Of a DNA stretch of 64,000 nucleotides, positions 20,934 to 31,032 are shown piece by piece. Positions within the stretch are counted from its first letter, which is position 1, and every line of letters starts with the position of its first letter. The stretch comes from Spirochaetota bacterium (GTDB lineage: Bacteria > Spirochaetota > Spirochaetia > Treponematales > Rectinemataceae). The notes under the pieces are model-generated. The model saw only the letters and a program-made list of their open reading frames with translations, was not told the DNA's origin and made no database searches. Both the position numbers and the translations under genes were made by a program. The stretch lies in NCBI GenBank assembly GCA_022711355.1, contig JAKLFE010000007.1, positions 17,776-81,775 on the forward strand, given 5' to 3'.

Positions 20934-23777
20934 CTAGCTGAGCGCCTCCCGGAGGTACTTCGCCGTGTACGAGCCCTTCGCCCTCGCGACCTCCTCCGGC
21001 CGGCCCTGGGCGACGATCTCGCCGCCGCGGAGGCCTCCCTCGGGCCCGAGGTCGACGATCCAGTCGGCCTGCTTGATCACGTCGAGGTTGTGCTCGATCA
21101 TCACGACCGAGTTGCCGGCCTCGACCAGGCGCTGGATCACCTCCAGGAGCTGCTTCACGTCGACGAAGTGGAGGCCCGTGGTCGGCTCGTCCATGAAGTA
21201 CAGGGTCTTGCCGGTGCTCGGCCTCGCGAGCTCGAGGGCGAGCTTCACGCGCTGGGCCTCACCCCCCGAGAGGGTCAGGGCCGATTGGCCGAGCTTGATG
21301 TAGCCCAGGCCCACCGAGAGGAGGGTATCCATGTGATGGGCGATCCTGGGCACGTGCTCGAAGAACTTGGCCGCCTCCTCGATCGTCATGTCGAGGACCT
21401 CGGCGATGTTCCTGCCCTTGTAGCGGGCCTCAAGGGTGTCGGCGTTGAATCGCTTGCCGTGGCAGACCTCGCAGGTGACGTAGACGTCGGCGAGGAAGTT
21501 CATCTCGATCTTGATCGTCCCGTCGCCCTGGCAGTTCTCGCACCTGCCGCCCCGGACGTTGAAGGAGAAGCGCCCGGGCTTCCAGCCGCGGGCCTTGGAC
21601 TCGGGCAGGGAGGCGAAGAGGTCGCGGATCAGGGTGAAGACCCCGACGTAGGTGGCCGGATTAGAGCGCGGCGTGCGGCCGATGGGGCTCTGGTCTATGT
21701 TGATGATCTTGTCGATCGCCTCGAGCCCCTCGACCCCCTCGTATTCGCCCTCGGGCCAGGAGGTGCCCATGACCGCGTTGGAGATCACCGGGTAGAGCAG
21801 GTCGGTCAGGAGGGTCGACTTGCCCGAGCCCGAGACCCCCGTGATGACGGTGAAGGCCCCGAGGGGGAGGGAGACGTCGATGCCCTTGAGGTTGTGCTCG
21901 CGGCAGCCCCGGATGGTTATACGGTTCCCGTTGCCCTTCCGGCGCTCGGCGGGGATCGGGATGGTGATGGCCCCGGCGAGGTACTGGCCGGTGAGGCTCT
22001 TCTTGTTGCGCATCACCTCCTCGGGCCGGCCCTGGGCCACGACGTGGCCGCCGTGGACCCCCGCCCCGGGCCCGAGGTCCACGATCCAGTCCGCGGTGCG
22101 CAGGGTCTGCTCGTCGTGCTCGACGACGACGAGGGTGTTGCCGATGTCGCGGAGGAAGGTCAGCGTGTCGATGAGCTTCTGGTTGTCGCGCTGGTGGAGG
22201 CCGATGGAGGGCTCGTCGAGTATGTACAGGACCCCGATGAGGGCCGACCCGATCTGCGTCGCGAGCCTGATCCGCTGGGCCTCCCCCCCCGACAGGGTCG
22301 AGGCCTTCCGCTCGAGGGTCAGGTACTCGAGCCCGACGTTGCGCATGAAGGTGAGCCGGGCGCCGATCTCCTTGAGGATCTGCTTGGCGATCTGGGCCTT
22401 GGTGTCCCCGAGCTCGAGCTTCGCGAAGAAGTCGAGCGAGCCCTCGACCGACAGGGCGGAGAGGTCGTGGATCGAGGCGCCGCCCACCGTCACCGCGAGG
22501 GCCTCGGGCCGGAGCCGCCTGCCCCCGCAGGCCTCGCAGGGCTTCTCGAGCATGAAGCGCTCGAGCCACTGCTTGATCCCCTCGCTCTGGGTCTCCAGGT
22601 AGCGGCGCTTCAGGTCCGCGAGGATGCCGGGGAAGCGGGACTCGTACTCGAAGTGGCCCGTGCCCTCGCGGTTCTCGTAGCGGATGCGGATCTCCTCGTC
22701 CGAGCCGTAGAGGATGGCGTCCATGACCTTCTTGGGCAGCTTCGCGAAGGGGGCGTCGAGCTTGAACTTGAAGTGCTTGGCCAGGGCCTCGAAGCGGCTC
22801 CGGTGCCAGGCCGAGTCGGGATTGTAGGGGACGCAGCCGCCCTCCTCGAAGGAGAGGGAGCGGTCCGGGATGACGAGCTCCGGCGAGAACTCGAGCTTGA
22901 CCCCGAGCCCCGAGCACTCGGGGCAGGCGCCCTGCGGGGCGTTGAACGAGAAGAGCCGGGGCTCCATCTCCGGGAGGGAGATGCCGCACTCGGGGCAGGC
23001 GCCGCGCTGGCTGAAGAATTCCTCCGCCTCGCCCGAGCCCTCCTCGCGCAGCACGACGACGAGGCCCTCCGCGATGTCCAGGGCGGTCTCGATCGACTCG
23101 GCGAGCCGCTTGCGGGAGTCGGCCGAGAGCTTGAGCCGGTCCACGACGATGTCGATCGAGTGCTTGCGCTTCTTGTCGAGCTGGAAGTCCCAGCCCCCGC
23201 CCTCGGCCCCTCCCTGGGGTATCTCGCGCATCTCGCCGTCTACCCGGGCCCGGGCGAAGCCCTGCTTCGAGGCGTCCTCGAGGATCTTCTTGTGCTCGCC
23301 CTTCATGGCCCTGACCACGGGGGCGAGGACCTGGAGCTTCGCGCCCGAGGGCCAGGAGAGGATGGTGTCGAGGATCTGGTCGACGCCCTGCTCGCGGATC
23401 TCCCGGCCGCACTTCGGGCAATGGGGCAGGCCGACGCGGGCGTAGAGGAGGCGGTAATAGTCGTAGATCTCCGTCACCGTGCCCACGGTGGAGCGCGGGT
23501 TGCGGTGGGTCGTCTTCTGCTCGATCGAGATGGCGGGGGACAGGCCCTCGATGTAGTCCACGTCGGGCTTGTCCATGCGGCCGAGGAACTGCCGCGCGTA
23601 GGCGGAGAGGGACTCGACGTAGCGTCGCTGGCCCTCGGCGAAGATCGTGTCGAAGGCGAGGGAGCTCTTGCCCGAGCCCGAGAGGCCCGAGATGACGATC
23701 AGCTTGTCCCGGGGCAGCTCGAGGTCGATGTTCTTGAGGTTGTGCTCCCTCGCGCCCTTGATTATCAGTTTGTCCAT
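20934..23777 (-). CDS. uvrA: Excinuclease ABC subunit A
   Basis: [53 protein letters not shown]… is the canonical UvrA, with two ABC ATPase modules and zinc fingers. The start is trimmed to the conserved Met. Confidence 0.95.
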   Translation of the reverse strand: MDKLIIKGAREHNLKNIDLELPRDKLIVISGLSGSGKSSLAFDTIFAEGQRRYVESLSAYARQFLGRMDKPDVDYIEGLSPAISIEQKTTHRNPRSTVGTVTEIYDYYRLLYARVGLPHCPKCGREIREQGVDQILDTILSWPSGAKLQVLAPVVRAMKGEHKKILEDASKQGFARARVDGEMREIPQGGAEGGGWDFQLDKKRKHSIDIVVDRLKLSADSRKRLAESIETALDIAEGLVVVLREEGSGEAEEFFSQRGACPECGISLPEMEPRLFSFNAPQGACPECSGLGVKLEFSPELVIPDRSLSFEEGGCVPYNPDSAWHRSRFEALAKHFKFKLDAPFAKLPKKVMDAILYGSDEEIRIRYENREGTGHFEYESRFPGILADLKRRYLETQSEGIKQWLERFMLEKPCEACGGRRLRPEALAVTVGGASIHDLSALSVEGSLDFFAKLELGDTKAQIAKQILKEIGARLTFMRNVGLEYLTLERKASTLSGGEAQRIRLATQIGSALIGVLYILDEPSIGLHQRDNQKLIDTLTFLRDIGNTLVVVEHDEQTLRTADWIVDLGPGAGVHGGHVVAQGRPEEVMRNKKSLTGQYLAGAITIPIPAERRKGNGNRITIRGCREHNLKGIDVSLPLGAFTVITGVSGSGKSTLLTDLLYPVISNAVMGTSWPEGEYEGVEGLEAIDKIINIDQSPIGRTPRSNPATYVGVFTLIRDLFASLPESKARGWKPGRFSFNVRGGRCENCQGDGTIKIEMNFLADVYVTCEVCHGKRFNADTLEARYKGRNIAEVLDMTIEEAAKFFEHVPRIAHHMDTLLSVGLGYIKLGQSALTLSGGEAQRVKLALELARPSTGKTLYFMDEPTTGLHFVDVKQLLEVIQRLVEAGNSVVMIEHNLDVIKQADWIVDLGPEGGLRGGEIVAQGRPEEVARAKGSYTAKYLREALS

Positions 23778-23866
23778 GACGGCGAAAGGATAGCGCCCGG
23801 GCGGCAGGCCAGACAAGGGGGTTCCGCTTAATACCTGTATAGCAATAAAGCCGTGGCCGAGCCCCG

Positions 23867-25861
23867 GTGGGGGACGGCGAGCTGGTTCCCGGGCCGCCGC
23901 GAGGGTATCATCGGCCCCGGGGGAGCCCCGAAGGGCGCCTCCCCGGGGGGCAGTGCGTGGGAGAGCGTCGGATCGAGGGCGGCAAGGATTACGTGGAACG
24001 GAGCTTCAGGCGCTGCGAGGCTCTCGGCGTGGAGCCCGACCGGGTCTACTCAAAGCGCATCCTCGGGGAGGCCGAGCTCAGGGAGAGGCTCGCGGCCAAG
24101 CGGGACCTCGTGGCCGCCGCCGAGCCCTTCATAGCGGCGCTCTACGACTTCGTCAGGGGCTCGGGCTTCTTCTCCATGCTGACCGACGAGGAGGGATGCA
24201 TCCTCTCCGTCATGGGCGACGCATCCATCCTAGAGCGGGCCTTCGCCCTCCGCATGGTGCCCGGCGCCTTCATGGACGAGGCCAGCATCGGCACGAACGC
24301 CATGGGCACGGCCCTCGCCGAGGGCAGGCCCGTGCAAGTCTCCGGCAAGGAGCACTACATCGAGGCCTACCATCGGTGGACCTGCTCCGGGGCGCCGATC
24401 CGCGACGCCGAGGGCCGCCTGATCGGCGCCCTCGACCTGACCGGAGACATCGCGGATGTGCACCAGCACACCCTCGGCATGGTCGTAGCCGCCGTCCAGG
24501 CCATCGAGAAGATCCTCGTCCTCGACGCTCGGAACCGAGCCCTCGACGAGAGCCGCCGCTTCGTGGAGGCCCTCCTCGACTCGATTACCGCGGGCATCGT
24601 CTCGGCCGACCTCGAGGGCCGGATCCTCACGGTCAACAAGCAGGCGCCCGAGCTCTTCGGCTGCGGCCGCGAGGAGCTCCTCGGATCGCGCATGGGGAGG
24701 CTCCTCCCCCGCTGGGAGGATATCCGTTCCGCCTGCCTCACGGGATCGGAGCTGCAGAACGAGGACGTCCTCGTCGAGTCGCGGACGAACAGGCTCTACC
24801 TCAACTTGGCCGTCTACCCCATCCTCGGGCCCGCCGGGGCGGGCGGCCCGCCCTCGGCCCTGATCCTCGTCTTCAAGGACGTGAAGAAGGTCAGGCGCCA
24901 CGCGAACGAGATCCTCGGCCGCCGGGCCGTCTACACCTTCGACAAGATCGTGGGCGGCTCCCGGGGGCTCCGCGAGGCCGTGGAGTTCGCCAAGAAGGTG
25001 GCCGACAGCCGCTCCACCATCCTCATCACCGGCGAGTCGGGCACGGGCAAGGAGCTATTCGCCCAGGCCATCCAGAACGCCAGCTCGCGCAGGGACGAGT
25101 CCTTCGTGGTCCTCAACTGCGGGGCCATCCCGCGCACCCTCATCGAGTCGGAGCTCTTCGGCTACGCCGAGGGCGCCTTCACCGGCGCCAAGCGGGGCGG
25201 GCATCCAGGCAAGTTCGAGATAGCCGACGGGGGCACCCTCTTCCTCGACGAGATCGGGGAGATGCCCCTCGAGATGCAAACCCGCCTCTTGCGCGTCATC
25301 GAGGAGGGGACGGTGATGCGCGTGGGCGACAGCCGCGAGATCCCCGTGGACGTGCGCATCATCGCGGCGACGAACAAGGACCTGGCGGCCGAGGTCGAGC
25401 GCGGCAACTTCCGCATGGACCTCTACTACAGGCTCAACGTCCTGCCCATACGCATCCCCGCCCTCCGGGAACGGCCCGAGGACATCCCCCTCCTCGTCGC
25501 CTACTACATGGAAAAGATATCCCGAAAGCTCAACAAGCGGCCCGTGGAGATCGGTCCCGAATACCTGAACGACCTCGTGGCCAACCCTTGGCCCGGCAAC
25601 ATCCGCGAGCTGGAGAACCTCATCGAGCTCATGATCAACAGCGAGCGCCTCCCGCCCCTGACAGGCGCCTCGCCGAAGGACGAGGGGAGCGCGGAGGGCC
25701 GCGTGCCCGTCACCTCCCTGGAGGAGGCCGAGGCCGAGCATATCCGCCGCGTCCTAGCGGACTGCGGTAACAATGTCTCCCTAGCCGCGCGGCGCCTCGG
25801 TATCGGTCGAACCACCCTGTATCGGAAGATTGCACCGAATCGAAGCAGTGTTTTAGTATAA
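23867..25861 (+). CDS. Sigma-54-dependent transcriptional activator with GAF and PAS sensor domains (AcoR/NifA-like)
   Basis: GAF-like N-terminus and PAS (…[26 protein letters not shown]…). AAA+ sigma-54 interaction domain ([11 protein letters not shown]…GAFTGA…ESELFGY). C-terminal Fis-type HTH ([20 protein letters not shown]). An alternative GTG start is possible at 23957. Confidence 0.8.
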   Translation: MGDGELVPGPPRGYHRPRGSPEGRLPGGQCVGERRIEGGKDYVERSFRRCEALGVEPDRVYSKRILGEAELRERLAAKRDLVAAAEPFIAALYDFVRGSGFFSMLTDEEGCILSVMGDASILERAFALRMVPGAFMDEASIGTNAMGTALAEGRPVQVSGKEHYIEAYHRWTCSGAPIRDAEGRLIGALDLTGDIADVHQHTLGMVVAAVQAIEKILVLDARNRALDESRRFVEALLDSITAGIVSADLEGRILTVNKQAPELFGCGREELLGSRMGRLLPRWEDIRSACLTGSELQNEDVLVESRTNRLYLNLAVYPILGPAGAGGPPSALILVFKDVKKVRRHANEILGRRAVYTFDKIVGGSRGLREAVEFAKKVADSRSTILITGESGTGKELFAQAIQNASSRRDESFVVLNCGAIPRTLIESELFGYAEGAFTGAKRGGHPGKFEIADGGTLFLDEIGEMPLEMQTRLLRVIEEGTVMRVGDSREIPVDVRIIAATNKDLAAEVERGNFRMDLYYRLNVLPIRIPALRERPEDIPLLVAYYMEKISRKLNKRPVEIGPEYLNDLVANPWPGNIRELENLIELMINSERLPPLTGASPKDEGSAEGRVPVTSLEEAEAEHIRRVLADCGNNVSLAARRLGIGRTTLYRKIAPNRSSVLV

Positions 25862-26032
25862 GACGATTCTCATATGGCGCCTGCACTATTTTGAAACAGC
25901 TCGTCGATTCTGCATGAACCAGCACCAAAAGACTCCTGTTTTCGTTGCTACAGGCCCCTTTCTACGCCGCGTTTGACAACGTTTTATCGCCTTTGCCACA
26001 ATATTCCGCATCAAAGCGATCCACACCTCCCC

Positions 26033-26048
26033 TGGCACGGTAGTTGCT
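26033..26048 (+). promoter_or_regulatory. Sigma-54 (-24/-12) promoter for aor
   Basis: TGGCACG-gtag-TTGCT matches the consensus TGGCACG-N4-TTGCW exactly. It lies 33 nt upstream of the AGGAGG RBS and the aor ATG, directly downstream of the sigma-54 activator gene. Confidence 0.6.
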
Positions 26049-26080
26049 TTAGATACAACAACGTCGCTTTAGGAGGCACC

Positions 26081-27816
26081 ATGGACAGCATTCTGCGCAT
26101 CGATCTCGGAGCCAAGGACGGTCCTGCGATACATAAAGAGCCGGCCGGAGCCTATGCGGGCATGGGTGGCCGCGGCCTGACCTCGACCCTCGTCGCCAAG
26201 GAAGTCCCCCCCTCTGCCACGCCCTCGGCCCGGAGAACAAGCTCGTCATCGCCCCCGGCCTCCTCTCGGGGACCCCGGCCAGCCAGTCAGGCCGCCTTTC
26301 CATCGGCTGCAAGAGTCCCCTCACCGGCGGCATCAAGGAGTCCAACGCGGGCGGCCAGGCAGCCCAGGTCCTGGCTCGCTTAGGCTACGCCGCGATCGTC
26401 CTCGAGGGGATCCCGGCCGGCGCTCCCACCTACCTGATCCGCGTGAGCAAGGACGGGGCGGCCATCGAGGACGACCCGAGCCTCAAGGGCCTGGGCAACT
26501 ACGATCTTATCGAGGTCGTGAAGAAGCGCTGGGGCGAGAAGGTGGCCTGCATCTCCATCGGGCCGGCGGGCGAGATGCGCCTCGCCGCGGCCTCCATCGC
26601 CTGCACGGACATGGAGATGCACCCCACGCGCCACGCCGGCCGCGGCGGGGTCGGGGCGGTCATGGGCTCCAAGGGAGTCAAGCTCATCGTCCTCGACGAC
26701 GAGGGCTGCAAGGTCCGCGAGCCCAAGGAGCCTGAAAAGCTCAAGGCCGCCAACAAGGTCTGGGTCGAGGGCCTGAAGAAGCACCCCGTCACCGGAGGCG
26801 GCCTGCCGAATTACGGCACCAACGTCCTCACCAACATCATCAACGAGTCCGGCGGCTTCCCGACCTTCAACTTCCAGCGGGGCCAGTTCGAGGGCGCCTC
26901 CAAGATCTCCGGCGAGACCTGCGCCGCCCTCGAGACCCAGCGCGGAGGCCTGGCCACCCACGGCTGCCACCGCGGCTGCGTGATCCAGTGCTCGGGCATC
27001 TACAACGACGCGAAGGGGAACTACGTCTCAAAGCAGCCCGAGTACGAGACCGTCTGGGCCCACGGCGCCAACTGCGGCATCGACGACATGGACGCGATCG
27101 CCCTCCTCGACCGCCTCGACGACGACATCGGCCTGGACACCATCGACATGGGCGCGGCCATCGGAGTGGCCATGGAGGCCGGCCTCATCAAGTTCGGCGA
27201 CAAGGAGGGCGCCATCGACCTGGTCAGGCAGGTCGGCAAGGGCACGCCCCTGGGCCGGATCATCGGATCGGGCGCCGCCACCGTCGCCAAGGTCTTCGGC
27301 GTCGAGCGGGCCCCCGTGGTCAAGGGCCAGGCCCTGCCCGCCTACGATCCCCGCGCGATCATGGGCATCGGCGTCACCTACGCCACCACGCCCATGGGAG
27401 CCGACCACACAGCCGGCTACGCCATCGCGACCAACATCCTCAAGTGCGGCGGCTTCGTCGATCCCCTCAAGCCCGAGGGCCAGATCGAGCTGTCCCGCAA
27501 CCTCCAGATCGCGACCGCGGCGATAGACGCCACCGGCATGTGCCTCTTCATCGCCTTCGCCGTGCTCGACCAGCCCGAGACCTTCCAGGCCCTCATCGAC
27601 ATGATCAACGCCTTCTACGGCCTCTCCCTCACGGGCGACGACGTGACCGCCCTCGGCAAGTCCATACTCAAGACGGAGCGCGACTTCAACAAGGCCGCCG
27701 GCTTCACCAAGGAGATGGACAGGCTGCCTAACTACTTCAAGCGCGAGGCGGTGGCGCCGCACAACGTGACCTTCCAGGTCAAGGACGAGGACCTCGACCG
27801 GGTCTTCAACTGGTAG
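26081..27816 (+). CDS. aor: Tungsten-containing aldehyde:ferredoxin oxidoreductase (AOR family). Its reading frame is interrupted by an apparent 1-nt deletion in a C7 homopolymer at 26206-26212.
   Basis: N-terminus MDSILRIDLGAK…GGRGLTS (26081 onward) and the main ORF 26443-27816 (…GCHRGCVIQCS…) are both AOR. The AOR reading frame continues without a stop in the +1 frame from about 26213 (LCHALGPENKLVIAPGLLSGTPASQSGRLSIGCKSPLTGG…). An eighth C would restore a single ORF of about 578 aa. Confidence 0.75.
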
Positions 27817-27818
27817 CC

Positions 27819-28478
27819 GTGGCGGGCACCGCGGAGGGCCGCGCCGCCTCGGCGCGGCCCCTCACCATCGAGCTCGCCGATGGCGATCCGGCCTGGGGCC
27901 GGGCCGACGCCCTCCTCCAGGCCGGCTTCCTCCTCGAGACCAGGCCGGGAGCCAGCGCGCGGGAGTTCATGCGCGAGGCCATCGGCCTCGAGGAGGACTA
28001 CATCGAGGGCGTGGTGAGCACGGTCTTCATAGACGCCGAGCCGGTGGACGACATCGACGCCGCGACCTTGAGGCCCGATTCGCTCATCGCGCTCTCAGCG
28101 GCCATGCCGGGGCTGGCCGGGGCGGTCATGAGGCGCAAGAGCCCCTACGCCTCCTTCCGCGAGGCCATCAGCTACGCGGCGCGGGCCGGCGCCGGGCCGC
28201 GCGAGGAGGCCGCCTCGGGCGCGGGCATGCGCGCCGGCGGGAGCTCTTCGGATGCCCGGACCGCGGGGACGACCGCGCTCGTGCGGGTCAAGCTCTTCAA
28301 CTCGGTCATGCGCGACCGGGGCCGCGCGACCCTGGCCCGCGGCGTCCTCGCCGAGCCCGGGTCGGCCGCGGGAATCTGCGCCGGCCAACCCGGGGCGGCT
28401 GCTGCGGTGCTCGCGGCCGCTGCCGCGGGGAATCTCCTCCGTCTGCGCGTCCTCGCCGCAGCGGGAGGCAGGAGATGA
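27819..28478 (+). CDS. Hypothetical protein (219 aa, GTG start). Operon partner of aor and the moaD-like gene.
   Basis: GTG at 27819 falls 2 nt after the aor stop, and the ORF's 3' end overlaps the moaD-like start by 4 nt (ATGA). No recognisable family. Ala/Gly-rich C-terminus. The call rests on operon context only. Confidence 0.35.
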   Translation: MAGTAEGRAASARPLTIELADGDPAWGRADALLQAGFLLETRPGASAREFMREAIGLEEDYIEGVVSTVFIDAEPVDDIDAATLRPDSLIALSAAMPGLAGAVMRRKSPYASFREAISYAARAGAGPREEAASGAGMRAGGSSSDARTAGTTALVRVKLFNSVMRDRGRATLARGVLAEPGSAAGICAGQPGAAAAVLAAAAAGNLLRLRVLAAAGGRR

Positions 28479-28699
28479 AGGTCACCATCAAGCTCTTCGC
28501 CTCGCTCAGGGCGGGCCGCTTCGATTCGGAGCAGAGGGAGCTTCCCGCGGGCTCGGACCTGGCCGCGGCCATCACCGCTGCGGGCGTGGAGGCGAGGGAG
28601 GCCGCCGTCGTCTTCGTCAATTCGCGGCACGCCGAACCTGCTCGGCCTCTCGCCGAAGGGGACGTGGTCGCGATTTTCCCCCCGGTGGGCGGCGGCTGA
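28475..28699 (+). CDS. MoaD/ThiS-family sulfur-carrier protein (C-terminal Gly-Gly)
   Basis: 74 aa ending …FPPVGGG, a ubiquitin-like beta-grasp length. Immediately upstream of an E1-like MoeB/ThiF gene. Confidence 0.65.
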   Translation: MKVTIKLFASLRAGRFDSEQRELPAGSDLAAAITAAGVEAREAAVVFVNSRHAEPARPLAEGDVVAIFPPVGGG

Positions 28700-29517
28700 T
28701 GGGAGCGGGGCTCGCCGAGTTCCTCGCGGCCTCGGCCCGGGGCGGCCTCCTGCCCTGGCAGGCCGAGCAAGAGGCCGCCGCGCGCTACGGGGCGGGGGCG
28801 CGCGAGGTCGAGGCGGCGGCACTCGGCTCGGGGCTCATGCCCTCCCGCTACGCGCGCAACGCCGGCACGATCGGCCTGGCCGGCCAGGCCAGGCTCCACG
28901 CCGCGACGGTCGTCGTGGCGGGCTGCGGGGGCCTGGGCGGCTACCTCGTCGAGCTCCTGGCCCGCCTTGGCGTCGGCGCGATAGTGGCCGTCGACCCCGA
29001 CTCCTTCGAGGAGAGCAACCTCAACCGTCAGCTCCTGGCCACGGTCTCTAGCCTCGGCCTGCCCAAGGCCGAGGCCGCCGCTAGGAGGATTCGCGAGATC
29101 AACCCGGCGGTCATCGCGCGGCCCGTGCGGGCCATCCTGGATTCGCGCAACGCGCCGGCGATCCTCGAGGGCGCCGACGCGGTCGCCGACGGGCTGGACC
29201 GCATCGAGTCCAGGCGGGATGTCGCATCGGCCTGCGCCGCCCTGGGCGTCCCCTTCGTCCACGCGGCCGTGGCCGGTTGGTACGCCCAGGCCACGGTCCA
29301 GGCCCCGGGCTCGCGGGCGGTCGAGGAGCTCTACGGCCCGAGGGAGGGCGCGGGCGTCGAGTCGGACCTCGGCAATCCCGCCTTCGCCCCCGCCCTCGCC
29401 GCGGCCATCGAGGCGGCGGAGACATGCAAGCTCCTCCTCGGCCTAGGCCGAGGCCTGGCCGGCAGGCTGCTCTCGGTGGACCTCCTGGCCATGGAGTCGG
29501 CCGAGTTCCCCCTCTAG
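28699..29517 (+). CDS. MoeB/ThiF/HesA-family E1-like adenylyltransferase (pterin cofactor sulfur-transfer)
   Basis: Start ATG overlaps the moaD stop (TGATG). VVVAGCGGLGGYLVELLARLGVGAIVAVDPDSFEESNLNRQ is the ThiF/MoeB nucleotide-binding signature. Confidence 0.75.
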   Translation: MGAGLAEFLAASARGGLLPWQAEQEAAARYGAGAREVEAAALGSGLMPSRYARNAGTIGLAGQARLHAATVVVAGCGGLGGYLVELLARLGVGAIVAVDPDSFEESNLNRQLLATVSSLGLPKAEAAARRIREINPAVIARPVRAILDSRNAPAILEGADAVADGLDRIESRRDVASACAALGVPFVHAAVAGWYAQATVQAPGSRAVEELYGPREGAGVESDLGNPAFAPALAAAIEAAETCKLLLGLGRGLAGRLLSVDLLAMESAEFPL

Positions 29518-29525
29518 GCCGCGGA

Positions 29526-30848
29526 TCAGAACATGCAGCGGAAGAGGCCCGTGCACCAGAGGCAGGCGGCGCAGGGCTCGGCGTTCATATGGCAGTCCTG
29601 CTCGAATTCGGGGAGCTGGACGTAGTCGCAGAGCGCGAGGTTGCAGTTCAGGCAGTAAGGATACTCGTAGCGCAGGACGTTGGCGCGGAAGGCGGCGAAG
29701 GCGCGCTCGTTCCAGAGCTCGAGTATGCCTTTCTCGGCCAGGGAGCCGAAGCTCCGCGGCGCGACGCGCTTCTCGAAGCCGCCGGCGAAGCAGTCGTAGC
29801 GGTGCCAGAGGAAGTAGCAGGGGTGTATCTCCCCCGAGCGCGAGACGAAGGCAGAGCCCCCCTCGACGAACTCGCACTCGCGCGCGCTCCTCGGCGCGAC
29901 CGCGGGCAGGGAGATATCGAGGCCGCGGGCGGCGGCCTCCTCGGCCGCCGCGCCGAAGGCCGCGCGGGCGCGCTCCGCGAGTCCGGGATCGAGCCGCAGG
30001 AGGCGCTCGACGTTGAGCGATATGCCCCTAGCCTGGGCTTCGTCCTGCATCCGCGTTACCAGGCTCACTATCTCCCGCTCCTCGGGGTCCTTGTCGTAGC
30101 GCATGAAGACCTCGGGATATCGGCCTATGTCGACGCCGCGCGCCTGGCCCTCGGCCCGGTAGCGCCCGAGCAGCTCGCGGGCGAGGTCGAGGCTCGCGTC
30201 GTAGGCCGCCTCGGCGAGGGCCTCCCGGCCGTAGGGCAGGAGCTGGCTCACGACGACGAAGCGCGCCCCCTTCATGGCGGCCCAGCGAACGAGGTCAGGC
30301 AGCTCCTCGAGGTTGCTCTTCCGCGCGACGACCTCGATGCCGAGGAAGAAGTCCCCCCTGCCCGCATCCCTCGCCGCGCGGCCCAGGGCCTCGACCGAGG
30401 CCGAGGCCGCACCGAGCTCTCCTCCCGCCCGAATGCCGCGAAAGAGCTCGGGATCAAGCGAGTCGAGGGAGACGCAGGCGCGGTCGAGGCCGGCGTCGAG
30501 GAGGCCGAGGGCTCGTTCCCGGTCTACGAGGAGGCCGTTCGTCTGGAAGCCGATCTGGCCCGAGGCGGGCATCGAACGCCGCGCCAGGCGAATGAAGAGC
30601 TCGAGCCCCGGATGAAGGAGGGGCTCGCCCAGGCCGCTCAGGACGAGGGAATCGAGGTGGGGGAAGGCTGGCTCGAGGGCGCGGAAGACATCCTCGCCCA
30701 TGTCTCCCCAGTCCCCGCTGGCCATGCCCTCGCTCTGCCGCGGACAGGCGGCGCAGGCGAGGTTGCAGCGCGTCGTGGTCTCGACGACGAGGCGGGAGGG
30801 ATAGGCGAGGAGGGCCTTCTCGCCCATCCCGGGGCCTTCTCGAACCAT
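29526..30848 (-). CDS. Radical SAM / SPASM-domain protein, Cmo-like (MoaA/PqqE-related) 'cofactor-modifying' enzyme adjacent to aor
   Basis: CNLACAACP (CX3CX2C) radical-SAM cluster motif. Cys-rich C-terminal SPASM-like region (…CYFLWH…CLNCNLALCDY…CAACLWC…). The start is uncertain: ATG at 30848 or 30827, and the ORF extends to 30992. Confidence 0.7.
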   Translation of the reverse strand: MVREGPGMGEKALLAYPSRLVVETTTRCNLACAACPRQSEGMASGDWGDMGEDVFRALEPAFPHLDSLVLSGLGEPLLHPGLELFIRLARRSMPASGQIGFQTNGLLVDRERALGLLDAGLDRACVSLDSLDPELFRGIRAGGELGAASASVEALGRAARDAGRGDFFLGIEVVARKSNLEELPDLVRWAAMKGARFVVVSQLLPYGREALAEAAYDASLDLARELLGRYRAEGQARGVDIGRYPEVFMRYDKDPEEREIVSLVTRMQDEAQARGISLNVERLLRLDPGLAERARAAFGAAAEEAAARGLDISLPAVAPRSARECEFVEGGSAFVSRSGEIHPCYFLWHRYDCFAGGFEKRVAPRSFGSLAEKGILELWNERAFAAFRANVLRYEYPYCLNCNLALCDYVQLPEFEQDCHMNAEPCAACLWCTGLFRCMF

Positions 30849-30989
30849 GTGCGAAGCTTCCGGCAGACCGCCCCGCCTTGTCAATATCGCGAGTCCGACG
30901 ATAGCGCCTGCCCGGCTCGCCGAGATGCACGATGTCCCGGAGCAGGGCTCCAGGGGCTCTTCAGCGTAGCCGCGCTTTAGGACTTGACA

Positions 30990-31020
30990 CATTGTACTAG
31001 TTCAATCATCATTGTACTAG
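30990..31020 (+). repeat. Two copies of an 11-bp direct repeat (CATTGTACTAG) spaced 20 bp apart. Candidate GntR/YtrA operator overlapping the promoter.
   Basis: Exact repeats at 30990-31000 and 31010-31020. TTGACA lies at 30984-30989. The region is AT-rich relative to the surroundings. Confidence 0.4.
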
Positions 31021-31032
31021 ATGAATAGGACA

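Noticed and set aside
20838-23831. 997-aa plus-strand ORF
   Set aside because: It mirrors the uvrA gene on the opposite strand. UvrA homology is unambiguous on the minus strand, so this is an antisense artefact.
25973-26383. 136-aa ORF called as a separate small gene
   Set aside because: Its first 36 codons are spurious upstream extension. From the ATG at 26081 it encodes the genuine AOR N-terminus, which continues in the +1 frame. It is annotated as part of the frameshifted aor rather than as an independent gene.
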